Assembly (NCBI GenBank): GCA_950097015.1 | Contig: CATNEN010000039.1 | Coordinates: 17,422,001-17,486,000, forward strand | Direction: 5' to 3' | Length of the DNA: 64,000 bases | DNA from: Macrostomum hystrix | Lineage: Eukaryota; Animalia; Platyhelminthes | In this document: positions 1-18,400 of the stretch, piece by piece | Layout: every line of letters starts with the position of its first letter | Numbering within the stretch: the stretch's first letter is position 1 | Notes under the pieces: generated by a model | Database searches by the model: none | What the model was told of the DNA's origin: nothing | What the model saw: only the letters and a program-made list of their open reading frames with translations | Made by a program: the position numbers and the translations under genes

Positions 1-69
1 AATGCAACGATTCCTTCCCTGATCGGAGTATATTCCGGATCGGGATATGCGTAGAAAGGATGCCTCGAG

Positions 70-312
70 AGGGTCGGTGGCAGAGCGGTTAACGTGTTTG
101 CCTCTCGCACCAAGGTCCCTTGGTGGGTCCCGCCCACCAAGGAGCAGTGAAAGTGTACACTGCCTGACGATGAGAAAGTCAGGGCAGATGTACACACCTG
201 TGTCAGCGTACGCTTGCATACAATGTGCGTGTGTGCTCAGGCGTCAGCGAAATGGGCAGAATTGCCTCCTCGCTGGCTGTGGGTCAAGTGTCACCAAATG
301 ATGTGCCATTGA
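70..312 (+). mobile_element. tRNA-derived SINE family A, internally deleted copy
   Basis: Starts GGGTCGGTGGCAGAGCGGTTAAC (A box), matching the copy at 5126. Shares the central TGTACACTGCCTGACGATGAGAAAGTCAGGGCAGATGTACA segment and the GTGTGCTCAGG..CAGCGAAATGGGCAGA block, but lacks the B-box segment. Confidence 0.8.
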
Positions 313-1061
313 GGTGGAGTCGACTGCATCTGACAGACAATGAGGGAGTAGAACAGTTTCGAGTACTTTCGCATTTCGTAGTCAGGATTGCTTTAGTTTT
401 GCAAGTTAGAATTCGGAGTCGGACGCTTAGATGTGTGAGCTAAATATGAGCAAAATATTTCCTCTTCTCGAGAAAGACAGGCAGCCCGCGAAGCCACTTT
501 GCCCGAGCTAACAGAAATTTCAACGCTGGCGCGCACAAGCCGCTTTACGAGCGCATACTTATTTGGCAGAGAAGTTACACAAATATGAGGATACTGCCAC
601 CACTTATGGGTGGAGAGGGCATTGAAGTTGGGCTCGAAAGTGAGAGTAAACTTTGCTTTAACTTTTTGAGCAGTGAATCGATGTATGGTGCTCAATTTGA
701 AAGTCCTGAAGCACTGCTGCTCGACTCGGAGCGGTAGAAATGCTGAAATGGTGCGAAACAGCGCTTCAAGCTTATTAAGAATTAGAAGCATGAAATAATC
801 TATGAAATCGCTTGCCCTAGATATCAGGTAAATCTAAACACATCTCTAGTCTCTGACATCTACTTAGGTTTTAACTTCTCTGAACTGGTCCATTCTGGTA
901 AAGCGTAGGCAAATAAATAAACAAGTCAAAGTGAACATCCGTAATTTGAGCAATGTTTCTCTCGCAATAAATCATTCAATTCAGTTCTAGCCTTCAAGGC
1001 GATGCTGGCAAAACAGTTAACCGCATGGAAAGGCTCAGGGAGGAAGTCATTGCAAGGCGTG

Positions 1062-4000
1062 TCAACTCTGAGCGACTGTCGGCCTCTCAGGAAGCACGTG
1101 CAGCTTGAGCTGCTTCTTGTTAACTTTTCCCATCGCGTTTCTGGGCAATCTGGCAACAATCTGGAATAAAGAGGCGAGACTTGACCATGAGCATTCATTG
1201 TACCCCAAGTTTAAATTGATTATATACACCGAAGGTACATCGAATGTACGACGAATGTACTCTAAATATACTGAGAATGAACACCAAGTGTACATCGAAT
1301 GTACTTCCAATGTACATTGAATGTACTCAAAATTTAATTGAATTTACTCAGTAAATGTCTAATGTACACTCACTGTACATAAGATGTGCACTCACCCGCA
1401 ACTCTCGAGGCCACTTGTACTTCGCCAGCCGCTCCGCCGCCCAGGCCTGCATCTGAGGAAGGTCAACAACCGGTCGATTAGGCGCCGGCACAACTACCAG
1501 CACTAGGCGCTCGCCCCAAGTGTCGTCGGGCACAGCCAAAACGCTGCACTCGGCGACGGCCGGGTGGCCAACGAACGCCGCCTCGACTTCCAGCGCGCTG
1601 ATCTTGTAGCCGCCGGACTTGACGATGTCAACGGAGGTCCGGCCTAGAATGCGGAAGCTGCCGCTGTCCGGCTCGAAGGCGGCCGTGTCCCCGGTGAGGA
1701 ACCAGCCGTCCTCAGTGAACTCCTTGGCCGTGTCAGCCGGCCGTCCGAAGTATTCTTTGAAGACAAGCGGCCCGCTGACCTCCAGGTTGCCGGACAACTC
1801 CGAACTGCCATCTGCAGGTTTTAAACAGATGTACACCAGAGCGTGCTCTGATTGGCTAGCTACGAATCGACCTACCAACGGATGCCCGAATGTCCGGCCG
1901 GTCGTCGCAGCCGGCCTCGATCAGCAGCCGGTCGGTGTCCGGATCCCGCAGCCGCACCCGGACGCCGGGAAACGGTTGGCCAACCCGGCCGGGCAGGCGG
2001 GGTCCGTTCAGCGGGTTGCCCAGCGCCATGCCGAGCTCCGTCATGCCGTATCGCTCCAGCAGCCAGTGCCCGGTGGCCGCGTGCCACCGCTGCATCACCG
2101 ACTGCGGCAGGGAGGCCGAGCCGCTCACCATCAGCCTTGGAGTGGGGGGCGGAGACGGCTGCGTTTCTTCGAGCTCCAGATTTTTCCATCCCGAAGTTTT
2201 ACAATTAGCAAAATGTATCCCACTGACGTAAGACAACAGGGGCATTTCTAACACCCACTGCCTATTTCACGAAGGCTCCCAAACCGAAGGATAGATTTTC
2301 GTGAAGGTTTGCCACTTGGATCACAATTTTTCACCCCTTATGAGGAACTAAATTTCAAAGCCGTCCTACGTCAGCATCGTCGAGATATTCAGCGATTGGT
2401 GTCAAAGACCCTGGTGACAAGTTCATAAAGCGTTGCTCTGAATAGACCTCCTTGGAGAATCCATATTGGTTCATAAGTGCGTAAACTAACAATAATATAA
2501 TAATAATAATAATAAATGCAGGAGGGCTGCGAGGGCTATGGCACATTTCGCTGACTCCTGAGCACACACGCACATAAATACTGTACGCAGGCATACTCTC
2601 ACACAGGTGTGTACATCTGCCCTGACTTTCTCATCGTCAGGCAGTGTACACTTCACTGTGTCTTGGAGGTTGGCCCTCAAGGGCGTAAATTGCACGACAA
2701 GCCCCCAAGCCTTCTCTCCGCGGCTGCGCCCCAAATAAATGTGGCCTCGCCGTGGAATCGAACTTAGGGACCGTGGTGCGAGAGGCAAACGCGATAACCG
2801 CTCTGCCACTCACCCCCCTTGAGTTCACTTACTTAACTGTGAATTGTACGAGAATATCAGCACAGGGTCTGGACTAAAGCACTTTTTAGACTTTTAAACT
2901 ACCGTCCGAAATTCTCAGATCATCAGAAATAACAAACTAATCATTATAATCGACTTCATATTCAGAAGGCTACATTTTAATGAACAGATTGTTATTTAGA
3001 ACAGATTCAATAACTTCAGAAATGACCTATCGACCTTCGTTGTAATTTAAAGAAAATATTGCAATATTGTAACCCTCTTCTGATTCTTTTCAGCCCACTA
3101 GGTAGTACCTTATTTCAAGTGATTATGCGTGGAAAGTCCACGGAAATGCCTTCCTAAAAAAACGGAAGAAACCTAAAAATAAAAATTTTTGTAGCTTAAA
3201 AATGTTGGCTTTTTGAAATCTGCGCCTAAATTAAAAGCTTCAGTACTCAAATGCATACTCACCGAACTCTCTCCTGACATGCTCTCAGGACAGCCTGCGC
3301 CATCTCAGGCTGAGTGGCCAGATGCTCAAGCAGCCTACTGTACACGGTGGGCACCGCCATGAAGACGGTGACGGGAGGCCAGGGACCGCCTGCCGTCAGC
3401 TGCTGCCAGACTTGCTCGGGCCGGAAGCCGCTATTGATGAGTACACTGCCACCTGCCTGCAGCGGAGCTAGCAGACAGTTCTCAAGGCCGTGCACATGAT
3501 GCAGCGGCAGGCAGTTCAGGGTCAGATCCGACGGACCGAGGCGCCAGGCCTGGGCCACAGCGCGACAGCGGGCTCTGGCGTTGCCATGGGTTACCACGAC
3601 TCCTTTTGGCTGGCCAGTGGTGCCGCTGGTGTAGACTATGTAGCTGGGGTATGAGAGGGAAGAATGGACCTGAGCTCGAATCCGCGGCGAGGCTAGGGGA
3701 TTTGTCGAGCAATCTACACCCTTGAGGACCAAGCACTAAAAACTGTGACATGTGACAGTGTACACAGATGAGAGTGTATATGTTCACTCCTACATTTGGA
3801 GCACATTCAATGTACGTTCAATGTACATCCTGCGTACATTCAATGTACATCCTGCGTACATTCAATGTACATCCTGCGTACATTCAATGTACATCCTGCG
3901 TACATTCAATGTACATCCTGCGTACATTCAATGTACATCCTGCGTGACGGGTTTTTCGTTGTGTTCTTGTGTGCTCAGGAGTTATTACATTGTGCGAAAT

Positions 4001-4795
4001 TAGTTATTACATTACATTGTACTTGTCATACCTGAAATATAAATATTTCAAGCACTACTAAAGTCTAAAACTGAAAATAGTTTATTTTGATAGTGATCCT
4101 GCTGCCTCTCTATTGAAGATGATAGAGAAATAGAAAGGAAACAATGCCTAAAAAATAGTTCCTGGATTCTTCAGTGTACACTGAACACTGAGCAATGTAC
4201 ACTTAGCGGTGTACGCGTGCTATTAATAGAAACCGCGCGATGAACAACCAACCAATCAGGTTCATTTCCTAGAACTATATACTAAACTGAGTTCAGTTCC
4301 ACAACTCGCTTACGCCGGCTCCGCCTCCTTTCGCCACTCTGGTAGCGGACGGCCGTCTTGCGAGTCTCGCGCCGACGACGGCATCAGCTGCGGCAGCTGG
4401 TCAACGCGGCACAGAGGCAGGCCAGCAGCCTTCGCAAGCTCCTCGGCCTTCGGCAGCGCTCCGTCGCGGTTGGCTAGGATAGCGCGGGCGCCGGAGTCGC
4501 GCACAGCGTGCAGCAGCTCAGGCAGCGAGTGCGCGGCGCACAGCGGCACTGCTAGGCACGACGGACCGCGCTCGACCGCCCAGCAGGCGACCAACGACCG
4601 GGCGAAGGCTGCCGACGGCTCCATGAGGATCGACAAGGCGATCGGCTGCCCGCTGGACGACTGGAAATCAGCCGACGGCAGCAGTTGCGACACGTCAGGA
4701 ACCGGGCGCTCCCACAGCCGGCAGCCCGCGGACTCGGAGGAGCCCTCCAGGATGCGGCCGCCACCGCCGCTGAAGCGACGACAAATGAGCCGCAG
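1062..4795 (-). CDS. ACSF3: Malonyl-CoA synthetase, acyl-CoA synthetase family member 3 (ACSF3/MatB-like); spliced, 5' end not located
   Basis: Phase-compatible GT-AG exons 4795-4314, 3643-3263, 2135-1876, 1811-1396 and 1160-1062. Motifs: AMP-binding [33 protein letters not shown], the ACSF3/MatB signature [33 protein letters not shown] and [12 protein letters not shown]. The Arg-rich LRLICRRFS segment resembles part of a mitochondrial presequence. No in-frame ATG is visible before it. Confidence 0.88.
2490..2818 (-). mobile_element. tRNA-derived SINE family A, near full-length copy in an ACSF3 intron
   Basis: Reverse complement has A box TGGCAGAGCGG, B box GTTCGATTCC, the same body as 5126-5490, and ends CCCTCCTGCA followed by a (TTA)n tail. 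Confidence 0.88.
3710..3985 (+). repeat. Decayed SINE-A copy containing a 22-bp tandem array (CATTCAATGTACATCCTGCGTA, ~6 copies, ~3803-3945)
   Basis: SINE-like blocks ACACCCTTGAGGACCAA..GTGACAGTGTACAC lie upstream and GTGTGCTCAGGAGT downstream of the 22-mer array. Confidence 0.6.
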
Positions 4796-5125
4796 CTGCA
4801 GGCATGAAATCGCTTTACTGAGTAAGCAATGAGTCGAGAATTCATAGTTATTTTTTTTTACCAAAAGTGGAGAAAATTCCGCTGCCTTTCCGTGGAAAAG
4901 CCGACAAAGTTTATGAGGTAACCAATGTTTGCTTGACAAAATACTTATAGTAGAGTGGTTAGAGTGAGAGAAGAGTGACCTTGCACCTTGAAGGTGTGCA
5001 GAAACGATAAAAATAACTAACTATTAAACTTGATACCGGAAGTTTCGCATGGAAAAGCATAATATTCTGTGTCTCTCCAAAAATTTATATCTTAAAAACT
5101 GTTCTTTTTCATGCCACTTAGTTTA

Positions 5126-5500
5126 GGGGGTCGGTGGCAGAGCGGTTAACGCGTTTGCCTCTCGCACCACGGTCCCTAAGTTCGATTCCACGGCGAGGCC
5201 ACATTCATTTGGGGCGCAGCCGCGGAGAGAAGACTTGGGGGCTTGTCGTGCAATTTACGCCCTTGAGGGCCAACATCCAAGGGACTGTGACAGTGTACAC
5301 TGCCTGACGATGAGAAAGTCAGGGCAGATGTACACACCTGTGTGAGCGTTTGCCTGCGTAAAGTATCTGTGTGCGTGTGTGCTCAGGAGTCAGCGAAATG
5401 GGCAGAGGCAATTCAGGCTCGCTGGCTGCGGGTCCAGTGTCACACTAAATGATGAACCATTGCCAGCAGCCCTCCTGCAATTATTATTATCAATATTATG
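5126..5500 (+). mobile_element. tRNA-derived SINE family A, full-length copy (~370 bp)
   Basis: GGGGGTCGGTGGCAGAGCGG (A box) and AAGTTCGATTCC (B box), then a unique body, then CCCTCCTGCA and an (ATT)n tail. At least five related copies occur in the window. Confidence 0.9.
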
Positions 5501-5534
5501 CAACTTCGCTTATAAATTTTTGTTCGTAACTTAA

Positions 5535-7410
5535 CCACTCTACTCTCATTGTACCCACTCTACTCTCATTCTACCCACTCTACTCTCATTGTACCCACTC
5601 TACTCTCATTCTACCCACTCTACTCTCATTCTACCCACTCTACTCTCATTCTACCCACTCTACTCTCATTCTACCCACTCTATTCTCATTGTACCCACTC
5701 TACTCTCATTCTACCCACTCTACTCTCATTGTACCCACTCCACTCTCATTCTACCCACTTTACTCTCATTCTACCCACTCCACTCTCATTCTACCCACTC
5801 TACTCTCATTCTACCCACTCTACTCTCATTGTACCCACTCTACTCTCATTCTACCCACTCTACTCTCATTCTACCCACTCTACTCTCATTCTACCCACTC
5901 TACTCTCATTCTACCCACTCTATTCTCATTGTAACCACTCTACTCTCATTCTACCCACTCAACTCTCATTGTACCCACTCTATTCTCATTGTACCCACTC
6001 TACTCTCATTCTACCCACTTTACTCTCATTGTACCCACTCTACTCTCATTGTACCCACTCTACTCTCATTGTACCCACTCTACTCTCATTGTACCCACTC
6101 TAATCTCATTCTACCCACTCAACTCTCATTCTACCCACTCTACTCTCATTCTTCCCACTCTACTCTCATTCTACCCACTCAACTCTCATTCAACCCACTC
6201 TACTCTCATTCTACCCACTTTACTCTCATTCTACCCACTCCACTCTCATTCTACCCACTCTACTCTCATTCTACCCACTCTACTCTCATTGTACCCACTC
6301 TACTCTCATTCTACCCACTCTACTCTCATTCTACCCACTCTACTCTCATTCTACCCACTCTACTCTCATTCTACCCACTCTATTCTCATTGTAACCACTC
6401 TACTCTCATTCTACCCACTCAACTCTCATTGTACCCACTCTATTCTCATTGTACCCACTCTACTCTCATTCTACCCACTTTACTCTCATTGTACCCACTC
6501 CACTCTCATTCTACCCACTTTACTCTCATTGTACCCACTCCACTCTCATTCTACCCACTTTACTCTCATTCTACCCACTCTACTCTCATTCTACCCACTC
6601 CACTCTCATTGCACCCACTCCACTCTCATTCTACCCACTCTACTCTCATTGTACCCACTCTACTCTCATTGTACCCACTCTAATCTCATTCTACCCACTC
6701 AACTCTCATTCTACCCACTCTACTCTCATTCTTCCCACTCTACTCTCATTCTACCCACTCTATTCTCATTGTACCCACTCTACTCTCATTCTACCCACTC
6801 TACTCTCATTGTACCCACTCTATTCTCATTGTACCCACTCTACTCTCATTGTACCCACTTTACTCTCATTGTACCCACTCCACTCTCATTCTACCCACTT
6901 TACTCTCATTGTACCCACTCCAATCTCATTCTACCCACTTTACTCTCATTCTACCCACTCCACTCTCATTCTACCCACTCTACTCTCATTCTACCCACTC
7001 CACTCTCATTGTACCCACTCCACTCTCATTCTACCCACTCTACTCTCATTGTACCCACTCTACTCTCATTGTACCCACTCTACTCTCATTGTACCCACTC
7101 TACTCTCATTGTACCCACTCTAATCTCATTCTACCCACTCAACTCTCATTCTACCCACTCTACTCTCATTCTTCCCACTCTACTCTCATTCTACCCACTC
7201 AACTCTCATTCAACCCACTCTACTCTCATTCTACCCACTCTACTCTCATTCTTCCCACTCTACTCTCATTCTACCCACTCAACTCTCATTCAACCCACTC
7301 TACTCTCATTCAACCCACTCTACTCTCATTCTACCCACTCAACTCTCATTCAACCCACTCTACTCTCATTCAACCCACTCTACTCTCATTCTTCCCACTC
7401 TACTCTCATT
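5535..7410. repeat. 20-bp minisatellite (TACTCTCATTCTACCCACTC)n, ~94 copies
   Basis: Exact 20-nt periodicity visible. It explains the spurious YPLYSHSTH ORFs. Confidence 0.98.
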
Positions 7411-7896
7411 ATATTTTGAAAACCAGGAAATAAAAGTATGCATTAAAATGTCTAAATTTGAAATTTAAAGGTAGAGTATAACTATATAAAGATTCTATCA
7501 GACACTATATTTAAATGAATAACAGTGCAATAAAAAGAGCTATAGTTAACAGAATTTAACTTGAACTCAAATTTATCGGCTCAAACAAACTTAGCATTAA
7601 GACACTGATGGTGAAAAGATAGCTAAGTTGAAAACAAATTAGAAATGTCTATAATTTTCTAAGACTCTAAATAGTTTTTACAAGTAAGCAATAGAAAGTC
7701 TGTATTGATAAATAAGAAAATATTTTATGATCTGGTGCACAGCTAAAATAAAAATTAAAAAATGGCTTAAAGGACACCAAAAATCTCTTAGAATCTTGGC
7801 GCACAGCCACGTGTGAAATATTAATAAAAATGGGTGTTATGGACTTTGAAAAATTCTCGGAAAATAGTTATGTCCGCACAATGAGCAACTCATTGC

Positions 7897-14257
<6,361 letters not shown>

Positions 14258-14344
14258 GGCTTTTATTCTACTGCTTAATTTTTAATTAAATAGCTGAAAA
14301 TAGTAATTACAAAATCGCATTATGTTCCTGTTAAAATTTTCTGT

Positions 14345-15470
14345 TTCCACTATTTCAAAATCCCTAATTGAAGTCTGAGAATGGCCAGATAAATGCCTTT
14401 CGCCCTATGAGCTTGACGTCCTTTTGTGTTTAGCTCATGGAGAGACTCAAACTCTGGAGACTCAGAGATTGCGAGATCCGCACAGCCCCGGTTAGCAAGT
14501 TTCAGTTTGCCTTCCAGCCGGTAAAAACCACGGAGAATGCGCTCGGGTATTGGGAAAGCCCTCCTCAGCAAGCATACTGCCTGCGGACTCTTCGTTGACA
14601 GTGACGGCGCTTTTAACGTCATATTGACTTCCTTAAGAAACGCGCTTTCTGGGAAAGGAGTCAGACACAGCGTCGTCCGCTGGGTTTATATCATGATCCG
14701 TAATAGGTCGGTGACTGCTACGCTCATGGAAGCTTCCAAGACCCAGGCTGACTTCAAAGGAGGAGCTCAGGTGTTCTCACCCCCTGCTCTGGAAACTCGT
14801 GTAAACGAACTTCCCACTGCGGACGTCCCTAGCAGTGTCACCAGAGCGGGCTTCGCCGACGATGTAGCTGCCGTCGTCAGCGGGCCCGATACCAAAACTT
14901 TGCATGGACCTGATGCAACAATTCGCTGACAAAGCGCAGGCCTGGGCCACCCGGCATGCCCTCAAAATTAGCGCGTCCCAAACCGCGTCGATCATCTTAA
15001 CGAGGAGACATAACTGGGGCATGCGTAACCTCACCATCTATGACAAGAAAATCCCTTTTGCCAAGGAGACAAAATACCTAGGTCTTCTGTGACGCTCACG
15101 CGTGACCGCGCTGGACCAAGCACCTGGCGAATATCGTCAGCCGGGTCAAGTGTTGCTTCGCTCAGGTTCGGCGGGCGATAGGGCCAACCTGGGGGACTCT
15201 CCCTCAAGGTTGCCCACTGGATCTTTACCGGTATCATCCGGCCCAGCACCACTTATACGAGCTTCATCTGGTCCAGCGTTCTGTAATAGAAGACCGCCAG
15301 AGACCGGCTACACCAGCTCCAGGGCGGCGTGTGCCGCGCTATCATGGGCGTCTACCTGTCTACTCCCTACGAAGGTATCAACACTGCTGAATCTACCCCC
15401 CGCTGCACGTCTCCTTAAGGAAAGGCAATGCGGACGGCCACGCGCCTAATCAGTGAGAATTTCATCAAAA
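14345..15470 (+). mobile_element. Decayed, frameshifted non-LTR retrotransposon RT fragment (R1/LOA-like)
   Basis: Across broken frames: LFVDSDGAFN (RT motif A-like), GFADDVA (catalytic), TKYLGL and [18 protein letters not shown], typical of the R1/LOA-group post-RT region. Stops and frameshifts are present. Confidence 0.75.
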
Positions 15471-18400
15471 AACGATCACTCTGGACATTTACCTTGCCAA
15501 AAACCTTGCCCACATTAACTTTAACAATTAGCCTTTTAGTTTCAAAATCAAGCGAGGTTTCGCCACTCTTATATTTTTCAGACTCATTCTAAAAATATGT
15601 CTTTTAATGTGTCTTTTTTACGAAAAAAAAAGTTTTACGCATTATAATTATTTGCTTCAACTGACAAGCAGAAGAAAGTTAGTAAAAATACAGTGAAATC
15701 AAAGGAGAACCACAATACTTTTGTGTGCAATGTTTAAATACAATACTCAGAAAGTGTTCCTTAGTTCTTTACAATACATACATAAATATATAAGTATTAT
15801 ATATTAAAGTATTGCTGTACACTAGAGATTATAGGTAACACTATTTAGAAAGCCTATGAGTACTAAGAAATACATTAATATGAGTACAATAAGAATCATT
15901 CAAAGTAATACACTACCAGACATATCTAAAATACTCTACAAGATATAACTAGGCCTAAATACAGTCCCAACCCTAGAAAATAGTAATTATTATTTTGCAT
16001 TTTTAGAAATATATAAGAAATTAATTCTAATAATTTAAAGAATTGTGTATAAGATAACTCGTACAACAACTTTGGTGGCATTAAGTGACATTGAAATAAC
16101 AATGTCATAGATAAAGACAGAAGCCATAGTACATATTTAATGTTGGTCTGTATCTATTTCTTATTTTATATATTTAATTTCTAATTTTTTTACTTATAAA
16201 CTTTTTATTAAAGTTAATTACCATGTATATCTTGTGCTAGGTGCTAAACATGAGTAGAGAATTTTAAGCCTAGGCCTAAAGCTGAGAATCGAGAACAGGT
16301 TTAGGATTAGGGCAAGAAGATAATATTTATTGAAATCCAAAATAAAATGGACTTAGCTAGTCAGTTAAAATTCCCAGCAGCTTCACTCACAGCTGGCAAG
16401 GCCTAAAACGTTGCTGCACTGACTTCTGAATCTAAATGCCTATGCCTATGCAGATAACTTTTTGTATCTAAAATAGACTTTTTTAATTTTGATGACATTA
16501 AAAAGCACATTTGCTGAAGTTTCATTTAATATATGATTCAAAATGGCTATATTTATTAAATCAAAAGTTCAGTTAGGTACAGTGGAAAGATAACATATTC
16601 AATTCGCTAACGCACACTTAATATGTTTGTATTGTACTTGCAGCCCAACTAGCACAAGCACAATGAATGGCCTAGCTAGAAATAGGACATTCATTCTGTC
16701 AGATTTCCTTGTAAAGTTCTGGCTTAAAAATCGTTAATATACGATGTACAACATGGTATCGGGGTCTAATTGTCGATTTTTATTATAATAAATAAATAAT
16801 AAAGTATCATTGAAAATATATAATAAATTGTCAATTAAAATAACTTCTCTTAAACATCGTTTAAAGTGCGCTTACTAAAAATGCATAGTTTTAATGCATG
16901 GAAAAAATGAAGTTTATGTTTTAAGATTGTTTAATTAAAAACGAAACTTGTGCTTAGCTAGCAATGCTATTCATTTTGTTAACGTGTGACTCCGTAATTG
17001 ACTTAACAACACTGGGGTACATTATATTCAAAACAGGCATGCTACCCCTTTTCTCTATCAGTTTTGGCACGATTGCACTTTATTTTATACAAGCTGTCTG
17101 AACACCTGATAAGTGTCAGAATTAGGGCTTCAAACTACTTAGGGTTTACTTCCACATTACCTCAAGGACCACTGGAGCTATAGTAGCCTACCGACTATAT
17201 AGGACTAGATGTTACTCCTAGTGGTCCTTGCATCACTGTATCACAGTTGTTGTCCTTGTAGTCCTGTGACAAGTAAACTGTCGGAATAGGATGGAATAAT
17301 ATATATTTAGACAACAACTGTGCCAAAACTGTATGGGGTAATGCAGGTTTATTCCTTGGCTTTTTTGCAGAGATGCACAGTTCATTCAACTCCTTTTAAT
17401 ACACATAAATATAAAGTAATCCAGACACAATTGTACGTATAAGAAAAACCTCAATTCAGGTTGCTTTTTATAAGCAATTGATAATAATGTTAATTTTTTA
17501 GTTTTTCAAAGCTTATTGTAATTCGATTTGGATATACGCTCGTATGATTAGACGACCCAAAAAAGTTTTCCAATGTTTGTGCCAATGTATATACAGCAGC
17601 TCGTGTATTGAAAGGATTTCGATCAGAGCAAAAGTACAGGAAGGTCTCCGAATATTTTTAGAAAGAAATTCATTAGAAATGATTATTTTTAAAATAATTT
17701 TCATAAAAAACTGAATGCGATCAAAGAAGCACTCGTAGCCGTTAAATCGGCATGTAGAGCAGCGACTCTCAGCAAAAGGGAGCTTCCATAAGTCTTCAGC
17801 AGTCTCTAGCCTGGCTTGTAAAAGGTTCAGGTCTGCATGCATATGATGGAACCGTCTGAAATTGCCATAATTTGTCTAAGAGCTTTCAGCTCATCTTGGC
17901 TCTTGACGTCTGTATGCAGTCTTCTGACTTTTGTCTTTTCCTGTGCCTAAAATCATCATTTCCTGTTCCCTGCAGCAGCTGCTCTAAAACGTTCCCGCTC
18001 CTTTGAGCTCATCCTAGTTTTTAGCTCGTAAGTGATCGGCGGATCGTCTACACACACTGACTACATCATGCAGCGGCGTAGATGGAGAGGTTGCAAATTG
18101 CCCTATAAATAGGATCCTCGATTATGCAGTTTCCTACTGCATATGAACCTTAATATGGACTAAAATTGCTTAAGAGACAGGAAGTAATGGAGGAGAGGTC
18201 GAATTTGACTAAGAGGAATTGGACTAATTTTCGGGAATGAAATGCAGATTTTCATGATCAAGTGAATGAAATGCACAGTATAGTATAATAACAACGTTCT
18301 TAACTAAGCTTTCCTTCAACCAAATAATGTATCAAGTCACTATACCTGAAAGGTTGGACAGCTAGATAGTTTTACATTCAATCACATTTTTTCATAGCAA

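Noticed and set aside
1619-2251. GC-rich plus-strand ORFs overlapping ACSF3 exons (similarly opposite the PX-SH3, I-2-like and AK exons)
   Set aside because: Antisense shadows of GC-rich coding exons.
5126-5200. Possible tRNA genes (also 36545-36610)
   Set aside because: A and B boxes are present but there is no complete cloverleaf or acceptor stem. They continue into repeated bodies with simple-repeat tails, so they are SINE heads.
5440-5500. SINE-A as the non-autonomous partner of the AlkB LINE
   Set aside because: The SINE 3' end (CAGCCCTCCTGCA + (ATT)n) shows no visible similarity to the LINE 3' end (GCACCCATAGATGGCGTGC + (TAA)n).
5549-7433. Long ORFs (up to 476 aa) of YPLYSHSTH repeats, plus similar repeat ORFs at 7890-8750, 20726-21295, 49177-49791 and 50339-51050
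   Set aside because: They are translations of stop-free minisatellite monomers and mostly lie in introns or intergenic DNA.
17500-18150. Moderately GC-rich, coding-looking stretch on the minus strand (109-aa ORF)
   Set aside because: No recognisable motif and the neighbouring frames are interrupted. It may be a decayed element but cannot be supported.
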